Positions 43,141 to 57,530 of a stretch of 64,000 nucleotides of DNA are shown piece by piece; position 1 is the first letter of the stretch; every line of letters begins with the position of its first letter. The notes under the pieces are model-generated. The model did not search any database. It had not been told where the DNA came from and was given only the letters and a program-made list of their open reading frames with translations. Position numbers and translations under genes: made by a program. The DNA is taken from assembly GCA_951406725.2 (NCBI GenBank), contig OX597826.1:24738001-24802000 (forward strand). Direction: 5' to 3'. The DNA is from Octopus vulgaris (taxonomy: Eukaryota).

Positions 43141-44518
43141 GAGGCAAGTAATTAGATAGATTTGCATCTATTATCGGATATTGTTAGGGTCCTTATGGTA
43201 ACGGTGTGAATGGGAAAAATGTGGGTAAAGGGTGATGTGCTAGCAACCCTCTCCTCTTACTGCTATACAAAGTAAACAACACAAATAACAACACGTATTC
43301 TTAAAAGAGAAAAGAAGCATGGTCATTCCTTACTCAAGTGACATTATCTTATTGCCACTAGTTGAGCTCTGATTGGCTGTATACAAATGAGTTCATAACT
43401 GGGGTCCGGAACTTTCGTGGGGAAATAAATTCGCCGCCTGGAATTGTGCTTTGTAGGATTTCGTCTTCGGGTTTACGTTCTTAGTTGAGATCCCATCGCG
43501 ATCTACTTTGCCTTTCATCCTTTCAATAAGTACCACTTGAGTACTGAGATCGATGTAATCGATTTACCATCTCACCCACCCCTCTCGAAATTGCTGACGT
43601 TGTGCCAAAACTTGAAACCGATATTTTCTTGCTTCTGCCGTACTCTTTCAATATTTCCGGCAGAAGGTACGGTTTTCATATCCACCACTAGAATGATGAA
43701 ATGTGTGAAAAAAATTAGAGAAATCTGAAAAACTGTCTTTGGTAAAAGGTGTCACTGGGTTGGGTTGGGGGTGGCGTCTCTCACTGCCTAAGGAGGGGTT
43801 CTTTCAAAATAGTGTATTTCTCTGTGTATGCGACTAAACCGTACATGAGATTAAATCGTGTACGTGACCATGTTATCATGCATACATCGCTGTTGGAATT
43901 GCAACGGACGTTTAAGGACAGCATTGCTGATAGATTGCTTATCTTCCAACGATTTAATCGTTGGAAGACCACTGCAAACTTACCTTCCTTACGTTTTATA
44001 ATATTCCCAATATCTAAGGCGGCGAGCTGGCAGAAACGTTAGCACGGCGGGCGAAATGCTTAACGGTATTTCGTCTGCCGTTACGTTCTGAGTTCAAATT
44101 CCGCCGAGGTCTACTTTGCCTTTCATCCTTTCGGGGTCGATTAAATAAGTAGCAGTGGGGTCGATATAATCGACTTAATCCGTTTGTCTGTCCTTGTTTG
44201 TCCTCTCTGTGTTTAGCCCCTTGTGGGTAGTAAAGAAATAGGTATTTCGTCTGTCTGTACGTTCTGAGTTCAAATTCCGCCGAGGTCGACTTTGCCTTTC
44301 ATCCTTTCGGGGCGATTAAATAAGTACCAGTTACGCATTGGGGTTGATGTAATCGACTTAATCCGTTTGTCTGTCCTTTTTTGTCCCCTCTATCTATATT
44401 TAGTCACCTGTGGGCAATAAAGAAATATTTATATATATATATATATTGTGTGTGTTTGTGTCTTTGTGTGTGTATGTATATATTCCGCTCGACCCACAAT
44501 GTGATGCAGGAAAGGGGG

Positions 44519-44583
<65 letters not shown>

Positions 44584-44590
<7 letters not shown>

Positions 44591-45370
44591 GTTTTATATA
44601 TAAAGAACGTGAAATACAGGAAGGGACAAACACGGAACACAGACAAATCATTCGAAGCCTTCAATCTTCAGTCAGACACCGAATCATCATAGCAAATTTC
44701 GGCTGTTCAATTCTGATATTTGCTCCAACTCGGCCAGCCCCAAGAAAAAAAACTAAGCTGTAAGCATTAGATTTCTTGGTAGAAGACAAGAATATAAACG
44801 CACGAGACGGATGTAAATACGAGAGACGAAAACGAAATTGAAAACGGTAACGGTTAAACAAAATATAATATAACGGTGGTTGTCATACGACTTTAGACCA
44901 AATGAGACAAAACAACAAACATAGCAGCAGGCGTAGAAATAATTACCTTTTCGGTAGAGGAGACAAATACAGATGTTGGCGAGATACGATCGCCAACGAA
45001 ATGGTGGAGAAGCAGCAGGTTGCAGGGGAGAGAGAGGGAATCAAAGAGGGTGGAAGGCAGGGGACAGAATCAGTCAGAGACCGAGAGAAAAAGAGAGAGA
45101 AGGGATTGAGGAGGATGGGAGGAAGAGGGGGGACGAAAAAAAGGGCGCCAAAATAGTTTGGTCAAGAAGCAATGGCGGGTAGGAAAGAGAAGCATATAGA
45201 AGTCGTGCAGGGTTTAAAATTGGATAAACAAACGGGGGGGGGGGGGCACGTAACGCCGCGGTAATATAAGAATAAATGTTTTATATATAAAGAACGTGAA
45301 ATACAGGAAGGGACAAACACGGAACACAGACAAATCATTCGAAGCCTTCAATCTTCAGTGAGACACCGAA
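44584..45370 (-). repeat. About 687-bp unit, 1.15 copies, (TA)n-flanked, ORF-less; carries a permuted HHR-like motif at 44656-44734
   Basis: aataaatgttttatatataaagaacgtg at 44584 and 45271; reverse-complement relative of 53035-54127. Confidence 0.85.
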
Positions 45371-45384
45371 TATATATATAGTTC

Positions 45385-45437
45385 TGAGCTGATGATAGAA
45401 ATGTCTTTTTTGACTAATCTTGAAACGTACGTTCTCA
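45385..45437 (+). ncRNA. Type I HHR motif with canonical core
   Basis: tgag-CTGATGA-t aga..gtc..gac..tct t-GAAA-cgtacg-TT-ctca; palindrome ACGTACGT. Confidence 0.75.
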
Positions 45438-45615
45438 AATAACCTTTGCATTTGATTTTTTAATGTTTCTACCCTCATACTTTCGTGAGTTGAATTGAGC
45501 AAACAATATAAGAGAGAGATTTTCTTTAAGTATTGGAAATAGTTTAAAAAAAGTTTTTTTAGCTGCTATTTCTAATGAGTTCAGTATGCGGCAAAGTAAT
45601 TTATTTTACTAAGCC

Positions 45616-45673
<58 letters not shown>

Positions 45674-45850
45674 GTGCTCAATACATAAATTAGAGTACTT
45701 ATATTAATTCATTAAAGCTGGAACTCTAGATCAGTGACTCAAGGACTGGGTGTTTCGTGCAATTTAATAGGTACATCTTCACGAAATTGTCGACTCTTGA
45801 GCGGCATGTATACATCATACGTATGCGTAGTGATATATATATATATATAT

Positions 45851-46920
45851 AAACTGTACTGGGAGAAGAAGAAGAAACGAAACGAAACGGAATGAATCGA
45901 ATCGAATCGACGCGAAGGCGCTCAGTCATACGATAGTGTAATAAATAAAATATATGCATACATACATACATACATTTATTTACGTACCTACATCTACATG
46001 TATATATACATGCATATATAAATATATATACATGAGTACAGGACACCACAAATAGACGCAGAACTCAACGAGAACGAAAACGTAAAAACAAGCATGGAAC
46101 GAACCTTTTTTTTACAAAGAAAAAACAGAGTACTAGACAAACTACACAAGGAAAAATCCCCTTCATCAGCTGTCTCTAGTTCAACTCCAGCGTGTTTCGA
46201 AGGTGAAGACAGAATACGACTCCTCGAACTAGCCCTTCCTGCGAAGAAATTAAAGGAAATTATTTCGCAGAGGGGTAAAAACAAGGAAAGAACAACATGT
46301 GACATAAACAGGACGTAAAAACGATACAAATAAAATTACAAAATAAAATACAAAATAAAATACAAAATAAAAATACAATTACAAAAAAATACAATACAAG
46401 AAATAAAAACACACAAGAAAACAACCAAAGAGGGCCTTTTTTGCCTAGACGAGGAGAGATTCAAGGAGCGCAAGAAAACCGTGTGTTTACAGTTAGAAGG
46501 CCGCATGCAAAAGGAAGTATTTGGCCAGCTGTGAGAGAGATGAGGAGGAGTGAGAGAGAGAGATAGAGGAAGACAAACGGCTGTGAGAGAGATGAGGAGG
46601 GGTGAGAGAGAGAGAAAGGGAGAGAAGGGAAGGTTAAGCAAAGAGGTATAGGGTTTCGCGTCATAATTATATATAAAAACTGTACTGGGAGAAGAAGAAG
46701 AAACGAAACGGAACGAATCGACGCGAAGGCGCTCAGTCATACAATAGTGTAATAAATAAAATATATACATACATACATATATGTACATACCTACATCTAC
46801 ATGTATATATACATGCATATATAAATATATATACGTGAGTACAGGACACCACAAATAGACGCAGAACTCAACGAGAACGAAAATGTAAAAACAAACATGG
46901 AACGAACCTTTTTTTTACAA
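45851..46920 (-). repeat. About 826-bp unit, 1.3 copies, ORF-less; carries a permuted HHR-like motif at 46158-46232
   Basis: aaactgtactgggagaagaagaagaaacg at 45851 and 46677; (TA)n at the left end. Confidence 0.85.
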
Positions 46921-47178
46921 AACCTGTTTTTTTACAAAACAGAAAAATTTGTCAACAACTAGCCAGGAATACGAACTCGTATCTCTTAAATTTTCCCGCA
47001 TTGTATGGATTAATTACCCAGTGTTTCTGCTGTTCTAACGACGTCTTTGCGTTCGAAAATAGATTATCTTATTTGTATTTATATAGACATTTCGGCGTTT
47101 ATAAAAACAAATGTTGGCTTGTTTATAGATATATATATATATATGCATGTATGTATAAGCCCGTGAGTAAATGTGTGT

Positions 47179-47226
<48 letters not shown>

Positions 47227-48273
47227 AGCCTGTGAGTGTATGAATGTTTGTGTGTGTGTTTAAGCATAAGGTTGGCTATATATGTGCGACGTTGTGTATG
47301 AGAGTGAGCCTATACTTTTTAATTTTTGTATATGTATGCATGCATGTATGTACATAGTGTATATACGAGTATGTATGTATGTGTGTGTATGCTTGTATGT
47401 ATGCTTGTATGTACATAATGTCTTATTTTAAGGCCGGAAGAAGATACCAAGCATTTAGCAAATAAATATTTTGATGAACGGGTGCCATCACATAAGTTAG
47501 ACACACTCACGCCTCAACACGGTGCGTAAAATATTCTACACGCCCCTTTATTTATATACATCATACGCCACTTAGTGTACATTTTATTATTATTATTGAG
47601 TGAGAGTGCAGCGCATGGCATCAAAGTGACACTGGATTACAAATATATGCAGCCCAGTATACCTATCATGACTACCCGTTTGACAAGTGTGCACTAGGCA
47701 CATAGATCACAACAGTATATGCGTGACATAGTAATCTCATATCAAGATAAACAGCGCATGACCTTGCAAGTGGGGCCCAGTTAGAATTTTCTTCTGGTCA
47801 AGTAGCCCACCCCGCTCAAAAGGTCTCTGAATAAGGCTTGTTTAAGGATGATGAACGAAACACCCATGTTTCCAGAGGTGAATTATTCAAACTCCAAAGA
47901 TTTTCTCGTGATCAGAGAAACCCATATCGTCGGCCACCAAGGTCAAACAACTGACAAGCAAATCTGTGGTATTGAGCAGAATATTTGCTGTAGCCCATCT
48001 TTTACACCAGGACAAAACATATACATGATAACACATCCAATCGGTTAAGATCAGATGCCATGAGAGCTGGCAGAATAGTTAGCGCGTTGGACGAAATGCT
48101 TAGCGGTATTTCGCCCGTCGCAACGCTCTGAGTTCAAATTTCGCCCAGGTCGAACTTAGAACGTAAAGGCGGACGAAATGCCTAGCAACATTTCGCCCGG
48201 CGTGCTTACCATTCAGCCAGCTCGCCGCCTTATAATAGTAATAATAATAATAATAGTAGTAGTAGTAGTAGTA

Positions 48274-48323
<50 letters not shown>

Positions 48324-48340
48324 TATTATTATTATTATTA

Positions 48341-49160
48341 ATTCTTTTTATTGGCCACAAGGGCTGACACACATGATTAGTAAACATAAAGGAACAAAAC
48401 AAGACGAAAGGTTACAAAGGGTTTTGTTCGTTTTTGAAAAACTCCGAGTAAAAACTGTTTAACAACGAAAGATTGTAACAATGAAAAACTCCCAATAGGG
48501 GGAGGCGCTTCGAAAGGTTCCTGGTGGAAAAAACCCCATAAAAGCCAACGGGAGCCTGGTCAATCACAGGCGAAACTTGAGAATTGGTCCATTTATACTG
48601 GCCATTCTCGCACAATTCACCCATCTTTCAGAAAACTTGCTATCGGACAGCACTCTCCTCTCTAACCCCATCTTCCTTTTCAAGTGAAACTTGAAAAAGT
48701 TGATGAGGCCTTGACCAAAGAGGAAAGTGTCTGACTTTAGCCCTTTCAAACGGGTCCACCATACAATCTCTTTCGCCACAGCCACTAGGTTTGTTAAAGG
48801 AGGTCGGCGGGGCAATCTTCACTATGGATTCGGCTGATAGCCGGATCCGTCCTATACGCGACAGTAGCTGTTCCACATAAACCCATAGTTCAGCAATACT
48901 CGGGCACTGGACGAGTGCGTGCAGAACGGTTTCGTCGTCCTGGCAACACCTCGGGCAGGCCCGGCTGACGGCACTTCCGTGCCGGTAGAGTTTATCCCGA
49001 ACAGGCAGAGCTCCTCGGTAGCACTGCCAGGCGAGCGACCTCTGGAAATTATCCATTGGCCCCGGCCCGAAAGTCCTCCCGAACAGACCGTTCAGTTCGT
49101 TATCATTAACGCCTAGAGTTTCCCCGAGAACGTCGTCGCATTTTTCCTCCACTAACCCTT
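48341..49160 (-). mobile_element. 5'-truncated Tx1 LINE fragment inside an (AAT)n tract
   Basis: MDNFQRSLAWQCYRGALPVRDKL, CPRCCQDDETVLHALVQC; 3' tail gcccttgtggccaataaaaagaat; (AAT)n on both sides. Confidence 0.9.
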
Positions 49161-49185
49161 AATAATAATAATAATAATAATAATG

Positions 49186-49337
<152 letters not shown>

Positions 49338-50970
49338 GATTTCAAATTTTGCCACAAAGGTAACAATTTTGGGAAAGGGGATGAGTCGATTACATCGACC
49401 CCAGTGTTTCACTGGTACTTAATTTATCGACCCCAAAATGATGAAAGGCAAAGTCGATCACGGTGGAATTTGAAATCATGCCACTAAGCATTTTAGTCTG
49501 GTGCAGTAACGATTTCACCAGTTCGTCGTCTTGGTTAGGGTTATTAATGACCGGTAAGGGTTGAATTGATGGGTTACAGTAGTGCCGATGATTGTGGGAT
49601 GAGGTGGATGATTGTTGATTTAGAACTGGTTATGATGAACAAAGATAAGTCAATGGATCTCCGTCGGTTTCGACGACGAGGTAAATTAGCCTGTTAATGG
49701 CTGAGTATTCCACAGACATGTGTACTCTTAACTTAATCCTTAAACGGAATCAGTGTGGTTTGACGCAAAGAGTTACATGATTAGACCTTTGAATTACGGA
49801 TACAATACATCCGAAAGGCTCCGATCAGTTTCCGCGTGTCCGGTTTTCCTCGCTAGGCTTGGATCTTACTCGATGAATGACACATTACCAGAATGCCAAG
49901 CAATGGGCCGGATGTATACATATGTGTATATATATATGTACATATATATATATACATATACACACATATTTACATATATAAATGTATGCATATATATATA
50001 TATATAAGGTTAATCCAAACGGGAAAACAGAAAAAACAACAACACGTGGAACAATTACAGTATTATTATTATTAGGCGCTCAGGAAAATGGAAGAAGGAG
50101 GGTATGACGTTTCGAGCGGAGCTCTTCGTCGGAAACATAGGAGAAAGAAAGATCCCGAGACGGGAGGACAGAGGAAAAAAAATTGCAGGTAGTCTTCACG
50201 AGATCACATACTGAAAAGACGGAAGTAGTAAAAAAGGAGGAAAATGTTTTTTAAAAACAGGAGAGCTGAATCAAAGAGGGAATGGTAAAAAAGGTGTACG
50301 AGAAAACGAGGGTGTGTGTGTGAGTGTGTGCGTGTGTGTGTATGTGTGTATATGGTGGACAGTGGCTAGTAGCAGGCAGTAGTAGAATTAAAGGAGTGTG
50401 TGGGGGTACCCTAGCAAGTCAGAAAGGCAGATCAGAAACAGGGAGGTATGTGTGTGTGCGTGTGTATGTATGTGTGAGTGTGTGCGTGTGCGTGTGTGTA
50501 TGTGTGTGTGAGGCGAGATAAAAAAACAAAAAATATGTATATGTTAGTGCGTGCAGGGCGAACAGATGACGTAGCAAGTCTCGAGTGAGTGGTCAGTGGT
50601 AAAAAAAGGGAGGAAGGAGGGAAGAAGGGAAGGAGGGAAAGGGTGGGGGCGTATGTAACGTGCCAGTGTGTGTGTAGAGTGGTAGTGTGTCCAGTGTGCG
50701 TAGTTGTGTGTATGGCAAGTAAATTTGAAGTGTGTGTAAGTGTAATGTATATATATATGCAAATGTGTGTGTGTGCGTGTGTGTACAAAGAGGGGGGGGG
50801 GTTAAGGAGGAAAAAAACTGCAGTGGAGGGGGGGAGGGGAAGATGGAAGAGTGGTCCCGCGGCGACAGGCGTGGGAGAAATGTATAACTGTCTATTTATC
50901 AATCTATCTGTCTGTCTACCAGTCTCTCTCTGCCCTTCTCTCTGTATATATAGATATATATATATATATA

Positions 50971-51378
50971 TGTGGCTGTGTGGTCAGTAGCTTGTTTACC
51001 AACCACATGGTTCCGGGTTCAGTCCCACTGCGTGGCACCTTGAGCAAGTGTCTTCTACTATAGCCTCGGGCTGACCAAAGCCTTGTGAGTGGATTTGGTA
51101 GACGGAAACTGAAAGAAGCCCGTCGTATATATGTATATATATATATGTGTGTGTGTGTGAGTTTGTATGTCTGTGTTTGTCCCCCCAACATCGCTTGACA
51201 GTCGATGCTAGTGTGTTTATGTCCCCGTCATTTAGCGGTTCGGCAAAGAGACCGACAGAATAAGTACTGGGCTTACAAAGAATAAGTCCTGGGGTCGAGT
51301 TGCTCGATTAAAGGCGGTGCTCTAGCATGGCCGCAGTCAAATGACTGAAACAAGTAAAAGAGTAAAAGAGTAAAGAGT
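50971..51378 (+). mobile_element. tRNA-derived SINE with CORE-like block and internal (TA)/(TG) microsatellite (copies at 40147-40617+, 21742-22185-, 25325-25731-, 28305-28452-, 29330-29650-, 29905-30255-, 58970-59130-, 63780-64000-)
   Basis: gtggctgtgtggt...gggttcagtccc head, accttg(g/a)gcaagtgtctt block, tail caagtaaaagagtaaaagag. Confidence 0.85.
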
Positions 51379-51460
51379 ATATATATATATAAATATATAT
51401 ATTTGTTTTTGTTTTTGTTTTCCAGTTTCAGCTCTTGAGCTGTGGCCATGCTGGGGCACC

Positions 51461-51526
<66 letters not shown>

Positions 51527-51748
51527 AATGTACAGACACATACACGAACAAAACATCATCATCAACATCAAGAACAACAATAACAGAATCTTATCCCGCC
51601 AAGTTGCATGACCTTTCGACTCTGATGCAGTTCCTGGCGAACGTCAACTTTGCTGCACCACATATATGGGCAGGTTGCATTGCTACTGCCAATCTCAGCT
51701 GATCTTAGTTTATTTGGCATAGAACCAATTAAGAAAAGAAGAAAGAAG

Positions 51749-51829
<81 letters not shown>

Positions 51830-51936
51830 GACAGAGAGAGAGATATCCCCGACACAAGACTCGCGAAAAATTGCTGAAAAACTTGAAAAATCCAAGTGAT
51901 ACATACATACATACATACATACATACATACATAGAT

Positions 51937-52015
<79 letters not shown>

Positions 52016-52021
52016 CATACA

Positions 52022-52069
<48 letters not shown>

Positions 52070-52124
52070 TGTATGTATATGTATATGTATATGTGTATAC
52101 ACACATATATATATATATATATGT

Positions 52125-52194
<70 letters not shown>

Positions 52195-52581
52195 GTATAT
52201 AATATATATATGTATATATACCGTGAAACTATATAAAAAAATAGTTTGTAACGAAAGGAATTTCGTTTAGCAGGAAATTTTGATAAAAAATAGAGAAAAA
52301 GTAATCAAGGATGAATTCTACAGATATATATCTGTCTGCACGCGCATGCACACGCACACACATACTTATACACAAATACATTTAGAAACGTGTACACACA
52401 TATGTGCATGTATGTATGTATGTAGTATACATACACATCACACACAGATATACGCACACATATATACATACATATATATGTTTGTGTGTGTGTTTGTGTC
52501 TGTGCTCATATAAAATATATAGCTGGGGCAAAAATAGTCATATCTAGAGGTATATCTATCTTCATCCACCCCTCTCTCTCT

Positions 52582-52646
<65 letters not shown>

Positions 52647-52654
52647 TAGGAGAA

Positions 52655-52986
52655 AGGGGTACGTTACGCCGCAATAATATATTTATAAAACTTATATATA
52701 AAATGTACAAAAGGGGACAAGAACGCAAACTACACAAAGAGACGACACAAAAAAAAACAACAAAAAACAGACAGGTCATTCGAAATCTAATGCTCGGAGC
52801 TTAGTTTTTCCTTGGGGCTGGCCGGATCGGAGCGATATCAGGATTAATCAGCCGAAATTGCTAAGATGATCCGGTTCCTGACTGAAGATTAGAGGCTTCG
52901 AATGACCTGTCTGTTTTTTTGTGTCGTCTCTTTGTGTAGTTTGCGTTCTTGTCCCCTTTTGTACATTTTATATATAAGTTTTATAC
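52655..52986. repeat. Inverted-arm element of a subfamily related to the 711-bp repeat; permuted HHR-like motif at 52821-52897(+)
   Basis: About 52683-52783 is the reverse complement of about 52898-52985; the centre is similar to 53224-53345. Confidence 0.8.
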
Positions 52987-53034
52987 ATATATATATATAT
53001 ACATACATACGTATATATATATATATATATATAT

Positions 53035-54125
53035 CGCTACCGAAACGGTAATTATTTCTACGCCAGCTATGTTGTTGTTGTGTTTTTGTCTCATTTGGTC
53101 TAAAGTCGTATGACAACCACCGTTCTATATATTTTGTTTATTCATTACTGTTTTCAATTTCGTTTTCGTCTCTTGTATTCACATCCGTCTTGTGCGTTCA
53201 CATTCCTGTCTTCTACCAAGAAATCTAATGCTTACAGCTTAGTTTTTTTTCTTGGGGCTGGCCGAGTTGGAGCAAATATCAGAATTGAACAGCCGAAATT
53301 TGCTATGATGATTCGGTGTCTGACTGAAGATTGAAGGCTTCGAATGATTTGTCTGTGTTCCGTGTTCGTCCCTTCCTGTATTTCACGTTCATTATATATA
53401 AAAACATTCATTCTTATATTATTGCGGCGTTACGTGCCCCCCCCCCCCGTTTGTTTGTCCAATTTTAAACCCTGCACGACTTCTATACACACTGTCTTTT
53501 ACTACCCGCCATTGCTTCTTCACCAAACTTTTTGGCGCCCTCCGATTCTTCCTCCCATCCTCCTCCCCTCTTCCTCCCATCCTCCTTAATCCCTTCTTTC
53601 TCCTTCTCTCTTGGTCACTGATTCTGTCCCCTGCCTTCCACCCTCTTTGATTCCCTCTCTCTCTGTCTCTCTTTCTCTCTCTCCTGCGACCTGCTGCTTC
53701 TTAAACCATTCTGTTGGCCTTCGTATCTCGACCAACATGTGTCCCCGCTACCGAAACGGTAATTATTTCTACGCCAGCTATGTTGTTGTTGTGTTTTTGT
53801 CTCATTTGGTCTAAAGTCGTATGACAACCACCGTTCTATATATTTTGTTTATTCATTACTGTTTTCAATTTCGTTTTCGTCTCTTGTATTCACATCCGTC
53901 TTGTGCGTTCACATTCCTGTCTTCTACCAAGAAATCTAATGCTTACAGCTTAGTTTTTTTTCTTGGGGCTGGCCGAGTTGGAGCAAATATCAGAATTGAA
54001 CAGCCGAAATTTGCTATGATGATTCGGTGTCTGACTGAAGATTGAAGGCTTCGAATGATTTGTCTGTGTTCCGTGTTCGTCCCTTCCTGTATTTCACGTT
54101 CATTATATATAAAAACATTCATTCT

Positions 54126-54127
<2 letters not shown>
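53035..54127 (+). repeat. 711-bp unit, about 1.5 copies, (TA)n-flanked; permuted HHR-like motifs at 53261-53339 and 53972-54050
   Basis: cgctaccgaaacgg at 53035 and 53746; the duplicated part is essentially identical. Confidence 0.9.
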
Positions 54128-54156
<29 letters not shown>

Positions 54157-55030
54157 CAAAGTCACGTATCAGTTTATGCCGGTTGGTTTCCTCTTTCTTC
54201 CGCGCTGGGAAGGGAAAGTAGTAGGTGCAATGAAAAAGACGAAAGAGAAAGATAGAAAGTATTATAAAGAATCGTAAATTAGAAAGATACATAGATATGC
54301 AGGTGATTGATAGAATGAGAGTGTGCAGCTTGTGAGGTATATAATCATTGACTGACGGTTTCATAAAGGAGGAGATATAACAAAGAATGAGAGCAGAAGA
54401 GTTAGTATGTGTGTGTGTGTGTGTGTGCGTGTGTGTGTCTGTGAGAGAAAGAAAGAGAGGATACATAACAAAGTGAAGTGGAAGAGAGAGAATAATGAAG
54501 TAAGAGTCAGTAGATAAAAACGAAGGCGAGTGAAAGGAGATGAAGCAAATAATAACTGAATGAAGACAAAATGAAACACAAGAAGAAAATAGAGGGGCAA
54601 GAACTGAAGCAAAAACATTAAGAATACTTGAAAGATGACAGAAACAGACCGTCATTTTAGCCGGGCATTTCGGTTGTGTGTGTGTGTATGTGTGTGTGTG
54701 TGTGTGCGTGTGTGTGCGTGTACACATACGTACTTACATATGCAAGTGGATAAAATGTTGTACAACACTGAACGAATTGTTGATGCAATCGACTATAAAA
54801 CCAGTGGCATAACGGAGGTTGAGACGACAAGAAACCGATCTGACACTAGGTTATTTTATAAGAGTTTACCTCCCCTCAGAAGGGAGTTCTAACGAGAACA
54901 AGGAGTCTTTCACTCCCAGTGGTTCACATGCTAATTAACCCTTAGATGGGACCCTAATAGATGCTAATATTCTTGGTCAGAGTATACCTGAGAAAAACAG
55001 TGGCTAAGAGCTAGTTGCACGCTTCTCAGA

Positions 55031-55080
<50 letters not shown>

Positions 55081-55348
55081 ACAAATGTAATCATATGCAC
55101 TCATATATGTATGTTCTCTTTCTCTTAATTGAGATTAAATTTTGACCGGCCACCTACTTCGTAGCAAGACAGTGAAGGAAAACATCTTAAATCTTAAATG
55201 TATGTATGTATGTATGTATGTATGTATGTATGTATGTATGTATGTATGTATGTATGCATGCATGCATGTATGTATGTATGTATGTATGTATGTATGTATT
55301 TACGTATATACTTATACGTGTGTGGGAGTGGATGTAAACATATGTGTA

Positions 55349-55384
<36 letters not shown>

Positions 55385-55816
55385 TGTATGTATGTATGTA
55401 TGTATGTATGTATGTATGTATGTAGTTATCTATATAGTATGAATAAATACGTATATATATGTGTATGCAGACAATGTGTGCGTGTGCGTATTTGTATGTA
55501 CGTATGTGTGGATGTGTCAGTTTATATGTGTGTGCGCATGCGTAAATTTCTAGAAGTTGGAATGTGTGAGTGCCTAAATGCCTTCACTTCCGATTATCTC
55601 ATCTCATAATAATATTTTGTCTGACAGACTATTCTCTTTCTCTCTTTCTCTCTCTTCCCCTCTCTATCTCCCTTTTTTCTCTCCCCCTCCTCTCTCTCAC
55701 ACTCTTTTGTAACATACACAGACATCCCACATAATATTGCTGATGCGCTGTATCGACAGAATTTCTTTCATTCTGACATTTATGTTCTTTTGGCTGATTT
55801 GCAGAGATGTTACTGC

Positions 55817-55925
<109 letters not shown>

Positions 55926-56082
55926 CATACATACATGCATGCATACACATATACACACATATATGTCGTAATTTAGACGACAATATATTTACCGCAAAAA
56001 TGAAAATAACACTTACAACTCAATTTAACAGATATAATTACTAAAATTACATTAAAACATCTTGAAATACTAAAGAGTAAAT

Positions 56083-56145
56083 TTATTCAATAGATTCGCC
56101 ATTGGCTTCAACCACAGCCTCCAGACGACTTCGGAATCCCCTCCA
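56083..56145 (-). pseudogene. Tc1/mariner transposase C-terminal remnant
   Basis: FRSRLEAVVEANGESIE*. Confidence 0.5.
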
Positions 56146-57089
56146 TATGTATTCTTTTATTCTTTTACTTGTTTCAGTCATTTGACTGCGGACATGCTGG
56201 AGCGCCACCTTTAGTCGAATGAATCGACCCCAGGATTTATTCTTTGTAAGCCCAGTACTTATTCTATCGGTCTCTTTACGAATTATATATATATATATAT
56301 GAGTGTCTGTGTGTCTATGTGTGTGTATAAGTCTGTGTGTGTGTGTCTGTGTGTATCTCTGTGTACACGTGTTTACATGTGTTTCCACATGCTGGGGAGC
56401 TATGGGATAAGATAGGGGTAGGGGTATTGTGGAGATGTTGGAGGAAATGTGGTGGTGTTGTGGGGATGGTGGGTGCTGGAGGAATTATAGGGGTGGTGGG
56501 GGAATTAAGGTGGCAGTTGGAGAAAATTGTTGTGTCTTGAGGAAATTGTTGTGTTGGACGAATTGTGGGACTGTTGGAAGAATTATAGGGGTGTTGGTGA
56601 ATTGTGGCGTTGTTGGAGGAATTGTCAGTGTATTGGAGGAATTTTGGCGTTGTTGGAGGAATTGTGATGATGATAATATTATTGGCTACAGTGGGAGGGT
56701 TGAGCTGTGGCTGTGCTTGGGGCTGTGTGATTTTTTTAAATCTCTCACTCTGAAGAGAAAAGTACTGTCCATGACCCATTACAATGCCTCCAACCCTATA
56801 AGTTTGATAGGAAGAAAGTGGGAGAAAGGATGAAAGGAGAGAAAGATGGGGCCTAACCAGAATGACTACTCCAAAAGTGAACTCCGATCGCTAAAAATAT
56901 CAGGTGTTAGTGTTAAACCGGGTGACGTCTTAAATCAACTACCTGTATAATTCACAGCAGGATTTGAACTCAAAGCGCAAAAGAGTTTGTACAAGTAGCG
57001 CAAGATATTCTATCTGACGTCTAAACGTTACCGCCACTCCACAGCTCTAGGTTTATGGTACTGTATTTATCGACCCCAGAAAACGAAAG

Positions 57090-57493
57090 ACTAATGGTGG
57101 TGGTAATGATTGCGGTGATGGTGGTAATGATAATGGTGGTGGTGGTGATAATGATAATTAGGAGTTATGGTGGTAGTGGTGGTAATGGTGGTGGTGGTGG
57201 AAGTGGTGATGATGGTGATGGGAGTGGCAGTGGTGATGGTGTTGATGGTGTTAGTGGTAGTGGTTCTGGTGGTGATGGTTATGATGTTGACGGTGATGTT
57301 ATATAGTGGTTGAGGTAGCGATGGTGATGATGGTGGTGATGGTAGTGAAGGTGGTGGTGGTGATAGTGGTGGTAATGATGATGATGGAGGTGATGGTGAC
57401 GGTGTTGATGATGTTGATGGTGATGGGTGGTGGTGGTGGTGGTGGTTGTGATGCTAGTGATGATAACTGCTGATAATAGTACTGGTAGTAATG

Positions 57494-57530
<37 letters not shown>

